Below are positions 10,757 to 20,461 of a stretch of 64,000 nt of DNA, in pieces. The stretch spans positions 32,001 to 96,000 of the forward strand of contig CAWBMP010000002.1 of assembly GCA_963790025.1 (NCBI GenBank), in the 5' to 3' direction. Both the position numbers and the translations under genes were made by a program. This stretch comes from Nitrospirota bacterium. Lineage in GTDB: Bacteria > Nitrospirota > Thermodesulfovibrionia > Thermodesulfovibrionales > Dissulfurispiraceae. Under the pieces are notes generated by a model, which saw nothing but the letters and a program-made list of their open reading frames with translations, was not told where the DNA came from and ran no database searches. Every line of letters begins with the position of its first letter. The first letter of the stretch is position 1.

Positions 10757-11338
10757 TCAAAACTTCTTTTTACCTATCAGAAAATTGTGATAGGCCAGAA
10801 TGTCATGCTTTTTTACATCTGAGAAGCCACACATGAACATCTGATGCTCGATTACATTTTCCGCTACCCTGATATCAATGGGAGGGCCTTCGGGAGTCTC
10901 CTCTTTCTTCCAGTCGATAATCATAAGTTTGCCGCCGTTCTTTAACAGTCTGAAAGACTCCCTGATTATCGCAACAGGATCATCAAGTTCGTGGTGAAGA
11001 TTTATCATGTATACTAAGTCTGCCGTACCATCTGCAATAGGAACGGAACTCTCCTCCATCTTTACAGGAATTATGATTGTTTTTGAGTCTACAGGCAGGT
11101 TGTTTTCCATCCAGCCGATAAGTTCTTCGGAAATATCACAGGCATAAACCTTCCCGCTTATCATTTTCTTGCTGAAAAGGAGGGCAAAAAAACCAGTTCC
11201 AGCTCCGATATCAATCAAAACGGAAGGCTTTTCAATATCTGTTTTCTCCCAGATAATTTCAGGATTAAGATATTGCAGTCTCCCCGGATCATTAAGTTTA
11301 TCAAGTTTCTTGGGATCAAATTTCTTTGAATCGTTCAA
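10757..11338 (-). CDS. class I SAM-dependent methyltransferase
   Basis: IDIGAGTG motif I; LHHE; RLLKNGG. Confidence 0.9.
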   Translation of the reverse strand: MNDSKKFDPKKLDKLNDPGRLQYLNPEIIWEKTDIEKPSVLIDIGAGTGFFALLFSKKMISGKVYACDISEELIGWMENNLPVDSKTIIIPVKMEESSVPIADGTADLVYMINLHHELDDPVAIIRESFRLLKNGGKLMIIDWKKEETPEGPPIDIRVAENVIEHQMFMCGFSDVKKHDILAYHNFLIGKKKF

Positions 11339-11394
11339 CGGTTTGATGACCTCCTTAAAGCATCTGAGTTGAATTTCTCAAATCAAAGTTGTCT

Positions 11395-11586
11395 TTATTT
11401 GCATTTTTTGCAAGTTGAAAAACCGAGTAAGGCATATGGGGGGCACCAACCCACCAGCCCTGTCAACAAAGGAACAATCCCCAAAAAAGCCCACGGAGAT
11501 TTCGGGCCTATAAAGGCCAACGATATTATACCGATTCCCGCCACTATTCTTACAACCCTTTCTGCTGATCCAACATTAATTTTCAT
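11395..11586 (-). CDS. DUF2892 (YgaP-like) membrane protein
   Basis: NVGSAERVVR...GWCPPYALLGFSTC; GGAGG RBS before ATG at 11586. Confidence 0.9.
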   Translation of the reverse strand: MKINVGSAERVVRIVAGIGIISLAFIGPKSPWAFLGIVPLLTGLVGWCPPYALLGFSTCKKCK

Positions 11587-11649
11587 CTTAGTCCTCCCCA
11601 CAGTTATTTCAATCTGATTATAGTTTGTCGATAGTACTATGAAAAAGTA

Positions 11650-11664
11650 TGTGACTTTATCACA
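11650..11664. promoter_or_regulatory. palindromic Crp/Fnr-type operator
   Basis: TGTGA-CTTTA-TCACA between the Crp/Fnr gene and the DUF2892 gene. Confidence 0.6.
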
Positions 11665-11677
11665 GAAGAAAAAAATT

Positions 11678-12316
11678 TCAGTTATTCAGCTTAATGCAAC
11701 TTCTTGAGAGAACAATATTCCCCTGTCTTTCAAAATCTTTCAGCAGGCGGCTCACTACCTCTCTTGATGTGCCCAGATCATTTGCTATTTCTTGATGGGT
11801 AGAATGAATTTCTCCATTCTCAGCTTCTTTTTTGAGGTGATCGAGCAATCTCTCATCCATTCTGCCGAATGCAACCTCTTCTATAAGAGCCATAACAGAT
11901 GCCAGTCGCTGACTTAGCAATTTAAAAATGAAGTCCCTCACTTCTCCATATTTTGATATCAACCCTCTAAAAGTATCGGCAGGGATGAGCAGAATTTCCC
12001 CTTCCTTCAGGGCTAGTGCATTTGCCGGATATGGCTCATGAGATAATATGCACGATGCATTGAGGATGCATGTTTCTCCCCTCGTTATCTCATAAAGAGT
12101 AATTTCACGCCCGTTTGCGCCGGTTTTAAAAACTCTTATTTCTCCGGAAAGTACAAAGGCAATGGCTGAACATGAATCGCCTTCTGTATAAATGACAACG
12201 TCTTTAGGAAAGCTCGTATACCGGCAACTTGACAGTATCTCCGTTATCAGAGTTTCCGGACCATTGTTAAATACCGGGAAAATGTCCATAAATTCATTTT
12301 TTGTTATTGCTTTCAT
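11678..12316 (-). CDS. Crp/Fnr family transcriptional regulator
   Basis: cNMP-like domain (GETCIL) plus HTH THQEIANDLGTSREVVSRLL. Confidence 0.92.
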   Translation of the reverse strand: MKAITKNEFMDIFPVFNNGPETLITEILSSCRYTSFPKDVVIYTEGDSCSAIAFVLSGEIRVFKTGANGREITLYEITRGETCILNASCILSHEPYPANALALKEGEILLIPADTFRGLISKYGEVRDFIFKLLSQRLASVMALIEEVAFGRMDERLLDHLKKEAENGEIHSTHQEIANDLGTSREVVSRLLKDFERQGNIVLSRSCIKLNN

Positions 12317-12389
12317 GTAACTCTTTGGCTTGAGCAGAAGTGATTATGATTGTACCATTTCTGACGTTACTGTTGTGAACATACTCTCT

Positions 12390-12726
12390 TTATTTGCGGC
12401 CGGCAATATCTACCACTTTGGCTTCGGCATACTTTGAACCAAGGGCGGCAAATACGACCATCTGTGCGGAAAGGTCGGTGCATGCATAGTTTTCCATGGT
12501 GGTACGGATGTCGGTATGTCCGAGCACTCCCTGAATCGCTTGTATCGGTACCCCGGCTGTAGCCGCCTGGGATGCTACGGAATGCCGGGTTCCATTCTTA
12601 AGCTGAATCTTTACCCCTGCTTGTTTACACGCTTCGTTCCACATATTGTTTACCGGTTTAATGGTATATGGCCTGCCAGTTCGGGGATTCAGGAATATAA
12701 AAGCCTCAGGCAGTTTACCGGCACAC
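12390..12726 (-). pseudogene. C-terminal fragment of tyrosine integrase
   Basis: nearly identical to the last ~110 aa of 50956-52338 (TRHS, LGHTDIRTT, NY). Confidence 0.9.
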
Positions 12727-12877
12727 TGATGAGCTTGATAATGCCCCACAAACGTCCTTTTGCCACAGTAGCGTAGCACAGGATCATGTTAGCCGCTCGT
12801 AAAAAGAATTTTGGTATCAGCTTTTATCTTCCTTATCTCGTCACCAGCTTCCGGAACCAGCGCCACCGCGCTTGCTT

Positions 12878-13315
12878 TCACGGCATTTCCTGTATCAACG
12901 TCTCCATATACTTTCGGAAGCCATCGTGCAGGATCCTCGTCCGGTCGCTCTCCCACATGGCGCGAAAGGCCGGTCGCTTCGCGATAGAAACCATACTGAC
13001 CTCCCACGAGGTAAAGTAATCATCTGTCAACTGGCCATACCTGTGGCTGAACCAGGCGATTTCGAACAAGCTCAGCTGTATAAGGTTATAGTAGTAGCCC
13101 CGCATTTCCTCTTTGGGAACCCCCTCCGGTCCCAGGGTAGGATCGTCGATGACCATCTTCCGGATTTGTAACTGGAGCTCAATAAGTTTGGTGAAATTCG
13201 CCACATACTGGGAGTATCGCCACCCTCGAAACTGCAAGGCCGCATACACCACCCCACCAGCCGCCGCCAGCACAGGAATGGCTTGCACAAGGTCATGGAG
13301 TATCGAGTTGTTCAC
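12878..13315 (-). CDS. hypothetical protein with N-terminal TM helix
   Basis: 145 aa ORF, hydrophobic N-terminus, GTG start. Confidence 0.6.
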   Translation of the reverse strand: MNNSILHDLVQAIPVLAAAGGVVYAALQFRGWRYSQYVANFTKLIELQLQIRKMVIDDPTLGPEGVPKEEMRGYYYNLIQLSLFEIAWFSHRYGQLTDDYFTSWEVSMVSIAKRPAFRAMWESDRTRILHDGFRKYMETLIQEMP

Positions 13316-13547
13316 GGCTTTGTGTCACCATGCAAGGCAGTGAGGATTTCCTCATGAAGAACCATTAAAACATCCTTCATGTAAAAAGCCACTCTCATTT
13401 TCATGACTTCCTACATAATCTTCTGGAAATTTCTACGAGGCCCTATATATAACACCTGAGCTTTAACTAAAGAATATCATAAGAAGAAAATCTGTCAAGA
13501 ATTATGCAAAAAGGTCTTATGAGGATATACTATACTAAATTATTGAA

Positions 13548-13814
13548 ATGATCATGTCGATACTATTTGATTTCGGAGGCGTGTTGGCCGAAGAAGGCTT
13601 CAGAAAAGGACTGAGGGTTATCGCTATAAAGAACCACCTCAATCCTGGTGACTTTTTTACGGCAGCTACCGACTTTATATATCAGACCGGTTACATAAAA
13701 GTCACCTTTTCAAAAGGTTTCCACTTAGATAGTGAACGAATAATTAAACCCAAAAGGAGGAAAGGCGATGCTGACGAAAGAGCAAACAGTACAAATGAAA
13801 AAGGAAATTCGTGA
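13548..13814 (+). pseudogene. truncated HAD-family hydrolase
   Basis: ILFDFGGVLAEEGF motif I present, but HAD-like sequence stops after ~50 aa. Confidence 0.6.
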
Positions 13815-14025
13815 GGAGATGACCGCGCATTATGAATCGCCCGAAATGCAAGCGGCTTTTGAGGCCCTCATTAACGCTGTACACAAATATGAAGACGGTG
13901 AAAAGTCTTCAAAGGATTCCATGAAATTGATAGAAGCAACCTGTGATTTATTTGTGAAACATGTCGAATATTTGAAAACCAACAGCATTGACAGTATAGT
14001 GAAACGCTTTGTACGCGAAAAATAA
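13768..14025 (+). CDS. hypothetical protein
   Basis: AGGAGG RBS; 85 aa ORF predicted helical. Confidence 0.6.
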   Translation: MLTKEQTVQMKKEIREEMTAHYESPEMQAAFEALINAVHKYEDGEKSSKDSMKLIEATCDLFVKHVEYLKTNSIDSIVKRFVREK

Positions 14026-14138
14026 CAGCACTTTAAATTAAGCGCATCGTTTCAGGCTTATCTACGATCGTTTTCTGGTACTATGCACTCTGTTCAGCTC
14101 GGAGAGCAATGCGGATTTGTTTTGTAATTCGCATCCCT

Positions 14139-15695
14139 TCATAGAGATCTTCTACTTCCCAGGCCAAAGGAAATACCCAGATTTCTCATTCTAGCTCTTA
14201 ATGTACTTGAGTTTATCCCCAGCACTTCTGCAGCCCCCCCGTTCCCATGGACTTTGCCCTTCGTAAGGTTTAGAACATATTTAATGTGGCGTGCCATTAC
14301 ATCATCCATTAATAGAGATTCATTGCCTGAAGGCCAAACAATTGTTTTCGTTGTCTCTTTGTGAGGCAGCATACTATCAAAGGATAGCGGTTCTCCTTCC
14401 TTGTGTACTATAAGTGCCCGCTCCACAATGTTTTCAAGCTCCCTTACGTTTCCCGGCCAATCGTACTCCATGAGCAGGTCAATTGCCCCAGGTGAGAGGC
14501 TGGGAGGGTTTTTTATTCCGAGTTCATTTGATTTACGATTAATAAAATGATGCACAAGGGCCGGTATATCAGATGTCCTTTCCCGAAGCGGAGGGACCAT
14601 GATAGGAAATACGTTCAGCCTGAACCAGAGGTCTTCACGGAAGGTTCCTTCCCTGATCATGTCTTTGAGGTTACGGTGGGTTGCAGCGACGATTCTTATA
14701 TCAACCTTTACGGGACCTGATCCTCCGACCCGCTCGAATTCTTTCTGTTGCAGCACACGGAGCATTTTTACCTGCGCCTGCAGCGTCAACTCCCCTATCT
14801 CGTCCAGAAAAACGGTCCCATTATCAGCACGCTCGAAAATGCCGCGTTTTAAGGACATAGCACCCGTAAACGCCCCCTTTTCGTGACCGAATAGCTCACT
14901 ATCAACGAGCGTTTCAGGAATGGCGCCGCAGTTGACCCTTATGAACGGGCCCTCCCGGCGCATTGAAAGATTATGAATCGCGTTGGCAACTATTTCCTTG
15001 CCGACTCCCGTTTCACCGAGCAAAAGTACAGGACTGCTCAGATGGGCAACCTGCGCCGCCTTCTTCATAACATCCTTCATTCCCACTGCACTGCCCGTAA
15101 GTCTGTCCCCGGAAAGCCGCTTCACCTCTACTTGAAGGTGGCGGTTATCATCATCAAGCCTGTCCTTCAGCTTGAGTACTTCCTCATGCCTCAGGGCATT
15201 GGACAACGCGATAGCAAAAGGCTCTTTCAAAAGCGATACGAGTTGTGCATGTTCCTCGGTATGTGTAGTCTCTCCTTCCGTGCTGATAACAAGAGAGCCT
15301 ATTTCGTCGCTCTCCAGAATGAGCGGCATTACAATACTCGATGTGGCGGGTTTTCTTTGAAACTGCCGACCGAAAATATCTGCTATGACAAAAAAAACCG
15401 GATCGGAATTCGAACGGTGAAAAATTCTTACGTTTCCGGGATGAAAAAGTTTCATAACGAAGTCCCGTGCCTCGGGGGGCATATGGGTAAATATGTTTAC
15501 CGCTTTACTTTCCTCTTTTGTTGCGACGACGAGCGTCCTTACAGAAGCCAAATCACTCTGATAAAGGTGAAGGCTCATCCAATCGACCGGCATCATAGGA
15601 GAGAGGTACGAGAAACATCTTCCTACTGCTTTCGAAAGGTCGAGGCTGCTCAGTATCTGGAGCGTTGCTTGTCTGTAAAATTCATTTTCGTCCAT
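14139..15695 (-). CDS. GAF-domain sigma54 enhancer-binding protein (FhlA-like)
   Basis: GETGVGKE, GAFTGA, FLDEIGE and WPGNVRELEN motifs; C-terminal HTH. Confidence 0.93.
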   Translation of the reverse strand: MDENEFYRQATLQILSSLDLSKAVGRCFSYLSPMMPVDWMSLHLYQSDLASVRTLVVATKEESKAVNIFTHMPPEARDFVMKLFHPGNVRIFHRSNSDPVFFVIADIFGRQFQRKPATSSIVMPLILESDEIGSLVISTEGETTHTEEHAQLVSLLKEPFAIALSNALRHEEVLKLKDRLDDDNRHLQVEVKRLSGDRLTGSAVGMKDVMKKAAQVAHLSSPVLLLGETGVGKEIVANAIHNLSMRREGPFIRVNCGAIPETLVDSELFGHEKGAFTGAMSLKRGIFERADNGTVFLDEIGELTLQAQVKMLRVLQQKEFERVGGSGPVKVDIRIVAATHRNLKDMIREGTFREDLWFRLNVFPIMVPPLRERTSDIPALVHHFINRKSNELGIKNPPSLSPGAIDLLMEYDWPGNVRELENIVERALIVHKEGEPLSFDSMLPHKETTKTIVWPSGNESLLMDDVMARHIKYVLNLTKGKVHGNGGAAEVLGINSSTLRARMRNLGISFGLGSRRSL

Positions 15696-15729
15696 TCAAT
15701 ATCTCCTCAGGAACTCTCAAAATGGAATT

Positions 15730-15796
15730 TTGTCATATATCACCATGTTAGCCCATTATTGCCAAATATGGCAATAAAAATTGTGATATATGACAA
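15730..15796. promoter_or_regulatory. putative enhancer (UAS) for the divergent EBP
   Basis: 14-bp perfect inverted repeat TTGTCATATATCAC (15730-15743) / GTGATATATGACAA (15783-15796). Confidence 0.6.
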
Positions 15797-15846
15797 TAGT
15801 GGGATTCTATCTTATATATCACATTGAAAATAAAATATTTTTTGCC

Positions 15847-15862
15847 TGGCACGATAGTCGCA
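15847..15862 (+). promoter_or_regulatory. sigma54 -24/-12 promoter
   Basis: TGGCACGATAGTCGCA (GG-N10-GC), divergent from an EBP gene. Confidence 0.8.
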
Positions 15863-15937
15863 ATAAGCATAAGGCAAGAAGTTAAATAGATGATCACAGC
15901 TCTACACTACGTCTGAAGGTGTCTAAAGGAGATTTTA

Positions 15938-16549
15938 ATGGGAGCCAAGGAAAAAAGAGCCGAGTACAAGGAAGAGGTTCGACGAGAGATTCTCGATGCA
16001 TCACGCGATCTTTTTATGAATGAAGGTTACGAAAAGTTCTCTATGAGAAAGCTCGCTGAAAAAATAGAGTATCCGCCGACAACCATCTGTCTTTATTTCA
16101 AAGATAAGGATGATCTGCTTTTCGCATTATGTGAAGAGGTTGCCGAGCACTTTTTCGCTGACCTGACCAATATCAGAACGGCACAAAGTGATCCGGTCGA
16201 GTCCCTTCGTCAAGCACTGCTCTACCTTGTAGAGTTCAGATTTGATAACCCTAACGAATATAAACTTTTTTTCATCACGAACCCCACAGTATACAGCACC
16301 CTTGAGGATTTCATGGAAAAGGAATCGATGGCACGGAATTCCTATTTCGTATTCAGGGAAATAGTGAGGAACTGCATGGCAACAGGGAAGCTTCAAGAAA
16401 TAGATATCGATGTTCTGGCGCAGGTTCTTACCGTAGCAACGTGTGGATTGGCAGCACAGACCATCGATAAAACAAGTTTCCCCTGGCTCGACCGCAACGT
16501 GCTGGCACATACTCTGGTTGAAGGATTGCTGAGGGGTTTTCGGAAGTGA
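15938..16549 (+). CDS. TetR/AcrR family regulator
   Basis: N-terminal HTH GYEKFSMRKLAEKIEYPPTTICLYFKDK. Confidence 0.9.
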   Translation: MGAKEKRAEYKEEVRREILDASRDLFMNEGYEKFSMRKLAEKIEYPPTTICLYFKDKDDLLFALCEEVAEHFFADLTNIRTAQSDPVESLRQALLYLVEFRFDNPNEYKLFFITNPTVYSTLEDFMEKESMARNSYFVFREIVRNCMATGKLQEIDIDVLAQVLTVATCGLAAQTIDKTSFPWLDRNVLAHTLVEGLLRGFRK

Positions 16550-16591
16550 TTTTCTTATTTTCATTTAAGAACGTTTCAAAGGAGAAAAGTT

Positions 16592-17107
16592 ATGAATACT
16601 TCAATTATCAGCGCAATGGCCGGCGTGTTAGGATCGGTCTTCGGTGCCTCAACAGCGATCGCTATCGCCTGGATCACTCAAAAGACGCTCCATAAGCGCG
16701 AGTTGATTCGAACGGAGATCGACAAGCGTGAAATGCTATACGGCAGATTCATCGCCGAGTGCTCCAAACTCGTTGTTGACGCTTACGGGCATACATTGGA
16801 AAGGCCCGAGACGCTGTTGTCCGCGTATGCACTGCTGAACCGCATTAGGGTTTCGGCATCCGCCGCGGTTCTTGCACGGGCGGAACACATCTTGATGTGG
16901 ATCACGGAACAATACTTCTCGCCCAACCTTTCAACTGATGACATGCGTGCGCTTGTCCATTCGCCGGGGAATGACCCGCTGAAACCGTTCAGCGAGGCCT
17001 GCCGCGACGAACTCAAATCGATCCACTCGATCCACGGGGATTTCGTTACACGTGGGCTAAATGCAATACATCCGACTCATGGTGAGAGGAAGAGGCGATT
17101 TATATGA
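16592..17107 (+). CDS. hypothetical membrane-anchored protein
   Basis: AAGGAG RBS, N-terminal TM helix, ATGA overlap with the next gene. Confidence 0.7.
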   Translation: MNTSIISAMAGVLGSVFGASTAIAIAWITQKTLHKRELIRTEIDKREMLYGRFIAECSKLVVDAYGHTLERPETLLSAYALLNRIRVSASAAVLARAEHILMWITEQYFSPNLSTDDMRALVHSPGNDPLKPFSEACRDELKSIHSIHGDFVTRGLNAIHPTHGERKRRFI

Positions 17108-17919
17108 TTAAGGAATCGAGCATTAAACACAGTTTATATGGGGACCTTTTTTATCATGTCGGTAAAAGGACGACGAAACTCATAAACGATCTTGGAGCCG
17201 CGACCATCTTCTGTGCCCTCGCATTTATGAGAATATTCCGGCGCAAACAGTTCCGGGAGATTGTTCAGCAGGTTTTTTACATCGGCGCAAAGTCGTCGAA
17301 TATCGTCATGCTCATCGGCCTATTTACCGGCATGGTCCTCGGCCTGCAGCTCTATTATACTCTGACAAAAGTAGGCTCGGAGGGATTCCTCGGTTCGGTC
17401 GTTGCCCTCTCGCTTATCAGGGAGTTGGGGCCCGTGCTGACCGCGATCATGATAACCGCGCGGGCAGGCTCCGCGATGACCGCCGAAATCGGTATTCTCC
17501 GCATCTCCGAGCAAATCGACGCTCTGTATACCATGAGGACCGACCCTCTTCAGTATCTTGTCAGCCCGCGCATCGCTGCCTCGATCATCAGCTTTCCCTT
17601 GTTGACCGCCTTTTTTGATCTCATCGGGATTCTCGGCGGTTACCTTACCGGCGTAGTCCTCCTCGGCTTAAATAAAGGCAGCTATTTTTATCGAATACAT
17701 GCGTATGTGGAGATGGCGGACATCAGGGGCGGATTCATTAAATCTCTCGTTTTTGCAGCACTGGTATCAACTATTTGTTGTTACCAGGGATACTTCACTC
17801 ATCTCCGCACTGACAGCTACGGCTCCAAAAGCGTCAGTCTCTCGACAACATCAGCTGTCGTGCTCTCTTCTATCATGATACTCATAGCAGACTATGTTGT
17901 TACATCTTTTCTAATGTAG
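17104..17919 (+). CDS. mlaE: MlaE family ABC permease
   Basis: RELGPVLTAIMITARAGSAMTAEIG...EQIDAL. Confidence 0.9.
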   Translation: MIKESSIKHSLYGDLFYHVGKRTTKLINDLGAATIFCALAFMRIFRRKQFREIVQQVFYIGAKSSNIVMLIGLFTGMVLGLQLYYTLTKVGSEGFLGSVVALSLIRELGPVLTAIMITARAGSAMTAEIGILRISEQIDALYTMRTDPLQYLVSPRIAASIISFPLLTAFFDLIGILGGYLTGVVLLGLNKGSYFYRIHAYVEMADIRGGFIKSLVFAALVSTICCYQGYFTHLRTDSYGSKSVSLSTTSAVVLSSIMILIADYVVTSFLM

Positions 17920-17926
17920 AGGAATT

Positions 17927-18760
17927 ATGGAAACACCATTGATAGAATTCAAGGATGTCTCAAAGAGTTTTGACGAAAACACCGTTCTTGACGGCGTAAA
18001 TCTCAGGATTTATGAAAAAGAAATTACGACTATAATAGGCAAAAGCGGCACAGGAAAGAGCGTCCTGCTCAAGCATATTATCGGCCTTCTCTCTCCCGAT
18101 GAAGGGTGCATAAGCTTCAGAGGGAAACCGGTCAATGAAATGAGCAAAAAACAATGGGACGAATGCAGGATGCAGATCAGCTATATGTTCCAGAACAATG
18201 CCCTCTTCGATTCCATGACTATCTTTGAAAACATTGCTTTTCCGCTCAGACAGACGACGAATCTGAAAAAAATGGATATAAAAAAAAGGGTTATGTTGCG
18301 GCTCGAACAGATGGAGCTTGCTGACGTAGTCAATAAATATCCAACTGAACTCTCCGGCGGGATGCAGAAGCGGGCAGCGTTGGCCCGGGCCCTCGTGACA
18401 GACCCGGCCATCGTGCTCTTTGATGAGCCGACGACAGGGCAGGACCCGATAAGGAAAAACGCAATCCTGAGCATGATCGCCCATTATAGGAAACTGTTCG
18501 GATTTACCGCTGTCCTTGTCAGCCATGAGATCCCGGATGTCTTCTTCGTTTCCGACCGGATACTTCTTCTCTGGGAAGGAAAGATTGCCTTTCACGGGAC
18601 ATATGAGGAGTTGTCGAGGGTCAGGCATCCTATAATCGATGAATTTCTGGAAAGCATCGAAAGCCTGCGGAATGAATTGACGGGACCGTTTTCAAAAGAG
18701 ATATTTAAGTACCGCTACGCTCTGACGCCTGATGACATAAAGGAGGATTATTTGAAATGA
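17927..18760 (+). CDS. mlaF: MlaF family ABC ATPase
   Basis: GKSGTGKS, LSGGMQKR, FDEPTTGQDP. Confidence 0.9.
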   Translation: METPLIEFKDVSKSFDENTVLDGVNLRIYEKEITTIIGKSGTGKSVLLKHIIGLLSPDEGCISFRGKPVNEMSKKQWDECRMQISYMFQNNALFDSMTIFENIAFPLRQTTNLKKMDIKKRVMLRLEQMELADVVNKYPTELSGGMQKRAALARALVTDPAIVLFDEPTTGQDPIRKNAILSMIAHYRKLFGFTAVLVSHEIPDVFFVSDRILLLWEGKIAFHGTYEELSRVRHPIIDEFLESIESLRNELTGPFSKEIFKYRYALTPDDIKEDYLK

Positions 18761-19230
18761 AAAAGTATTCAATGGAATCGGTAGTAGGCATATTTGTGGT
18801 GATCGGCCTTCTATGCGTGGGTTATATGACAATAAAACTCGGCAAGGTATCCCTGTTTGGCGATAATTACTACCCGCTTTATGCCGCATTTAGTTCAGTA
18901 TCGGGACTGAGGGGCGATAGCTCAGTTGAGATTGACGGCATTGAAGTCGGAAGGGTGGCGCGATTGAGCATAAACCAGGAGAAACAGATGGCATCGGTCG
19001 AATTGAAGATCAGGAAAGGTATAAAAATTTACGATGACGCAATAGCATCCGTCAAGACCTCCGGTCTTATCGGCGATAAATTTATCAAGATCGATCCCGG
19101 AGGCGGCGGTGATATCCTGAAGCCCGGAGGCACGATCAGAGAGACATCTTCGCCCCTCGACATAGAGGATTTGATCGGCAAATACGTATTTGGAGATATC
19201 AAAAAAGAAGATAAAGGGGGCGCCAGATGA
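18757..19230 (+). CDS. mlaD: MlaD/MCE protein
   Basis: TM anchor; SVSGL, GIEVGRV, SGLIGDKFI. Confidence 0.9.
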   Translation: MKKYSMESVVGIFVVIGLLCVGYMTIKLGKVSLFGDNYYPLYAAFSSVSGLRGDSSVEIDGIEVGRVARLSINQEKQMASVELKIRKGIKIYDDAIASVKTSGLIGDKFIKIDPGGGGDILKPGGTIRETSSPLDIEDLIGKYVFGDIKKEDKGGAR

Positions 19231-19324
19231 AGAGCGTTCGCGGAATACGTTGCAGATGTAGAAATCAAAGGGATAAAGGAGTACAATTTTTTTAGGGTAT
19301 AAGCGGGGGGAGGAGACATAAGAA

Positions 19325-20434
19325 ATGAAAAGGCTCAGAGCAATCTCAATCATAATTTGCCATTCAATTTTAGTAATTTCACTGACGGCGTGCACAGGGG
19401 AAGGAGACAAGAAGCAAATAAGCAGCGATGCTGTTCCGGTGATAGTGGGCAAAGTCCAAAAAGTGCGGGAACGCGAAGCGATATCGGTGAGTGGCACAGT
19501 CAACACGCCAAACTCACCGACAACTGTTTCGTTTCTCGCCTCGGGAAAGGTCGTCTTTGTAGGCCCGCGGGAAGGTGATTATGTCAAGAGGGGGCAGAGA
19601 CTTGCATCTATCGATCCGACAGATTACCAGCTGACCCTTGCCGCGGCCAAGGCACAAACAGACATGGCCGGAGTTGAGTTTAAACGCGCCGAGGATGAAC
19701 ATCGGCGGATGAAAATGTTGTACGACTCGAATAGTCTTGCTCCGAACGATTACCAGAAATTCAAAGCCAGGTTTGAATCCGCCGAACAGCAGTACGGCCA
19801 GTCCGTAGCCTCGGAAAAACTTTCAAGGAAACACCTTTCGGATGCAACCCTCTGTGCTCCCGTAAGCGGCTTCATCTCAAAGCGATCCATCGAGCCTGGC
19901 GATACCGCTGCTCAGGGGCATCCAGTCTTTGAGATCGTCCAGATGGATCCCCTGGAGGTGAACGTCGGAGTTCCGGAAACGGACGTGCACCTCGTGAGGA
20001 TCGGACAGAAAGCGGCGATTACGGTCCCCGCCCTTCCGGGGAAATCATTCGAAGGAACGGTCCGCATCATCAACGTTTCCGCAGAAGCCGGCACGCGAAC
20101 GTACATGACTAGGATCGCCGTGGCGAATCCCGAACATTTATTGCGAGTCGGGATGGTGGCGGAAGCAAGCATACTCGGGGACCGGAGGGTATCCATGATG
20201 ACGCTCCCGGGGGATGTGGTGGTGCGTGACCCGCAGGGAGCGACGCAGGTATTCGTCTACTACCCCGACCAGAAGCGCGTGTATGCCAAGCGCGTGGAAA
20301 TCGGAGCGGCCATAAATAAGGATGTCCAGGTAAAAAGCGGACTTTCCGGTGATGAGCTGATCGTTCTGGCCGGTCAGATGAAGCTTCAGAGACGGTTCTG
20401 TCGTATCAGCTACAGAGCAACAGAGGGGGCCTGA
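19325..20434 (+). CDS. RND efflux periplasmic adaptor (MFP), with apparent +1 frameshift near the C-terminus
   Basis: LTAC lipobox, EGDYVKRGQ, APVSG; an alternative frame from ~20385 reads LRDGSVVS... and stops at 20465, overlapping the next start. Confidence 0.88.
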   Translation: MKRLRAISIIICHSILVISLTACTGEGDKKQISSDAVPVIVGKVQKVREREAISVSGTVNTPNSPTTVSFLASGKVVFVGPREGDYVKRGQRLASIDPTDYQLTLAAAKAQTDMAGVEFKRAEDEHRRMKMLYDSNSLAPNDYQKFKARFESAEQQYGQSVASEKLSRKHLSDATLCAPVSGFISKRSIEPGDTAAQGHPVFEIVQMDPLEVNVGVPETDVHLVRIGQKAAITVPALPGKSFEGTVRIINVSAEAGTRTYMTRIAVANPEHLLRVGMVAEASILGDRRVSMMTLPGDVVVRDPQGATQVFVYYPDQKRVYAKRVEIGAAINKDVQVKSGLSGDELIVLAGQMKLQRRFCRISYRATEGA

Positions 20435-20461
20435 AGCTACGTTCGGGGGAGGAACTTCAAA

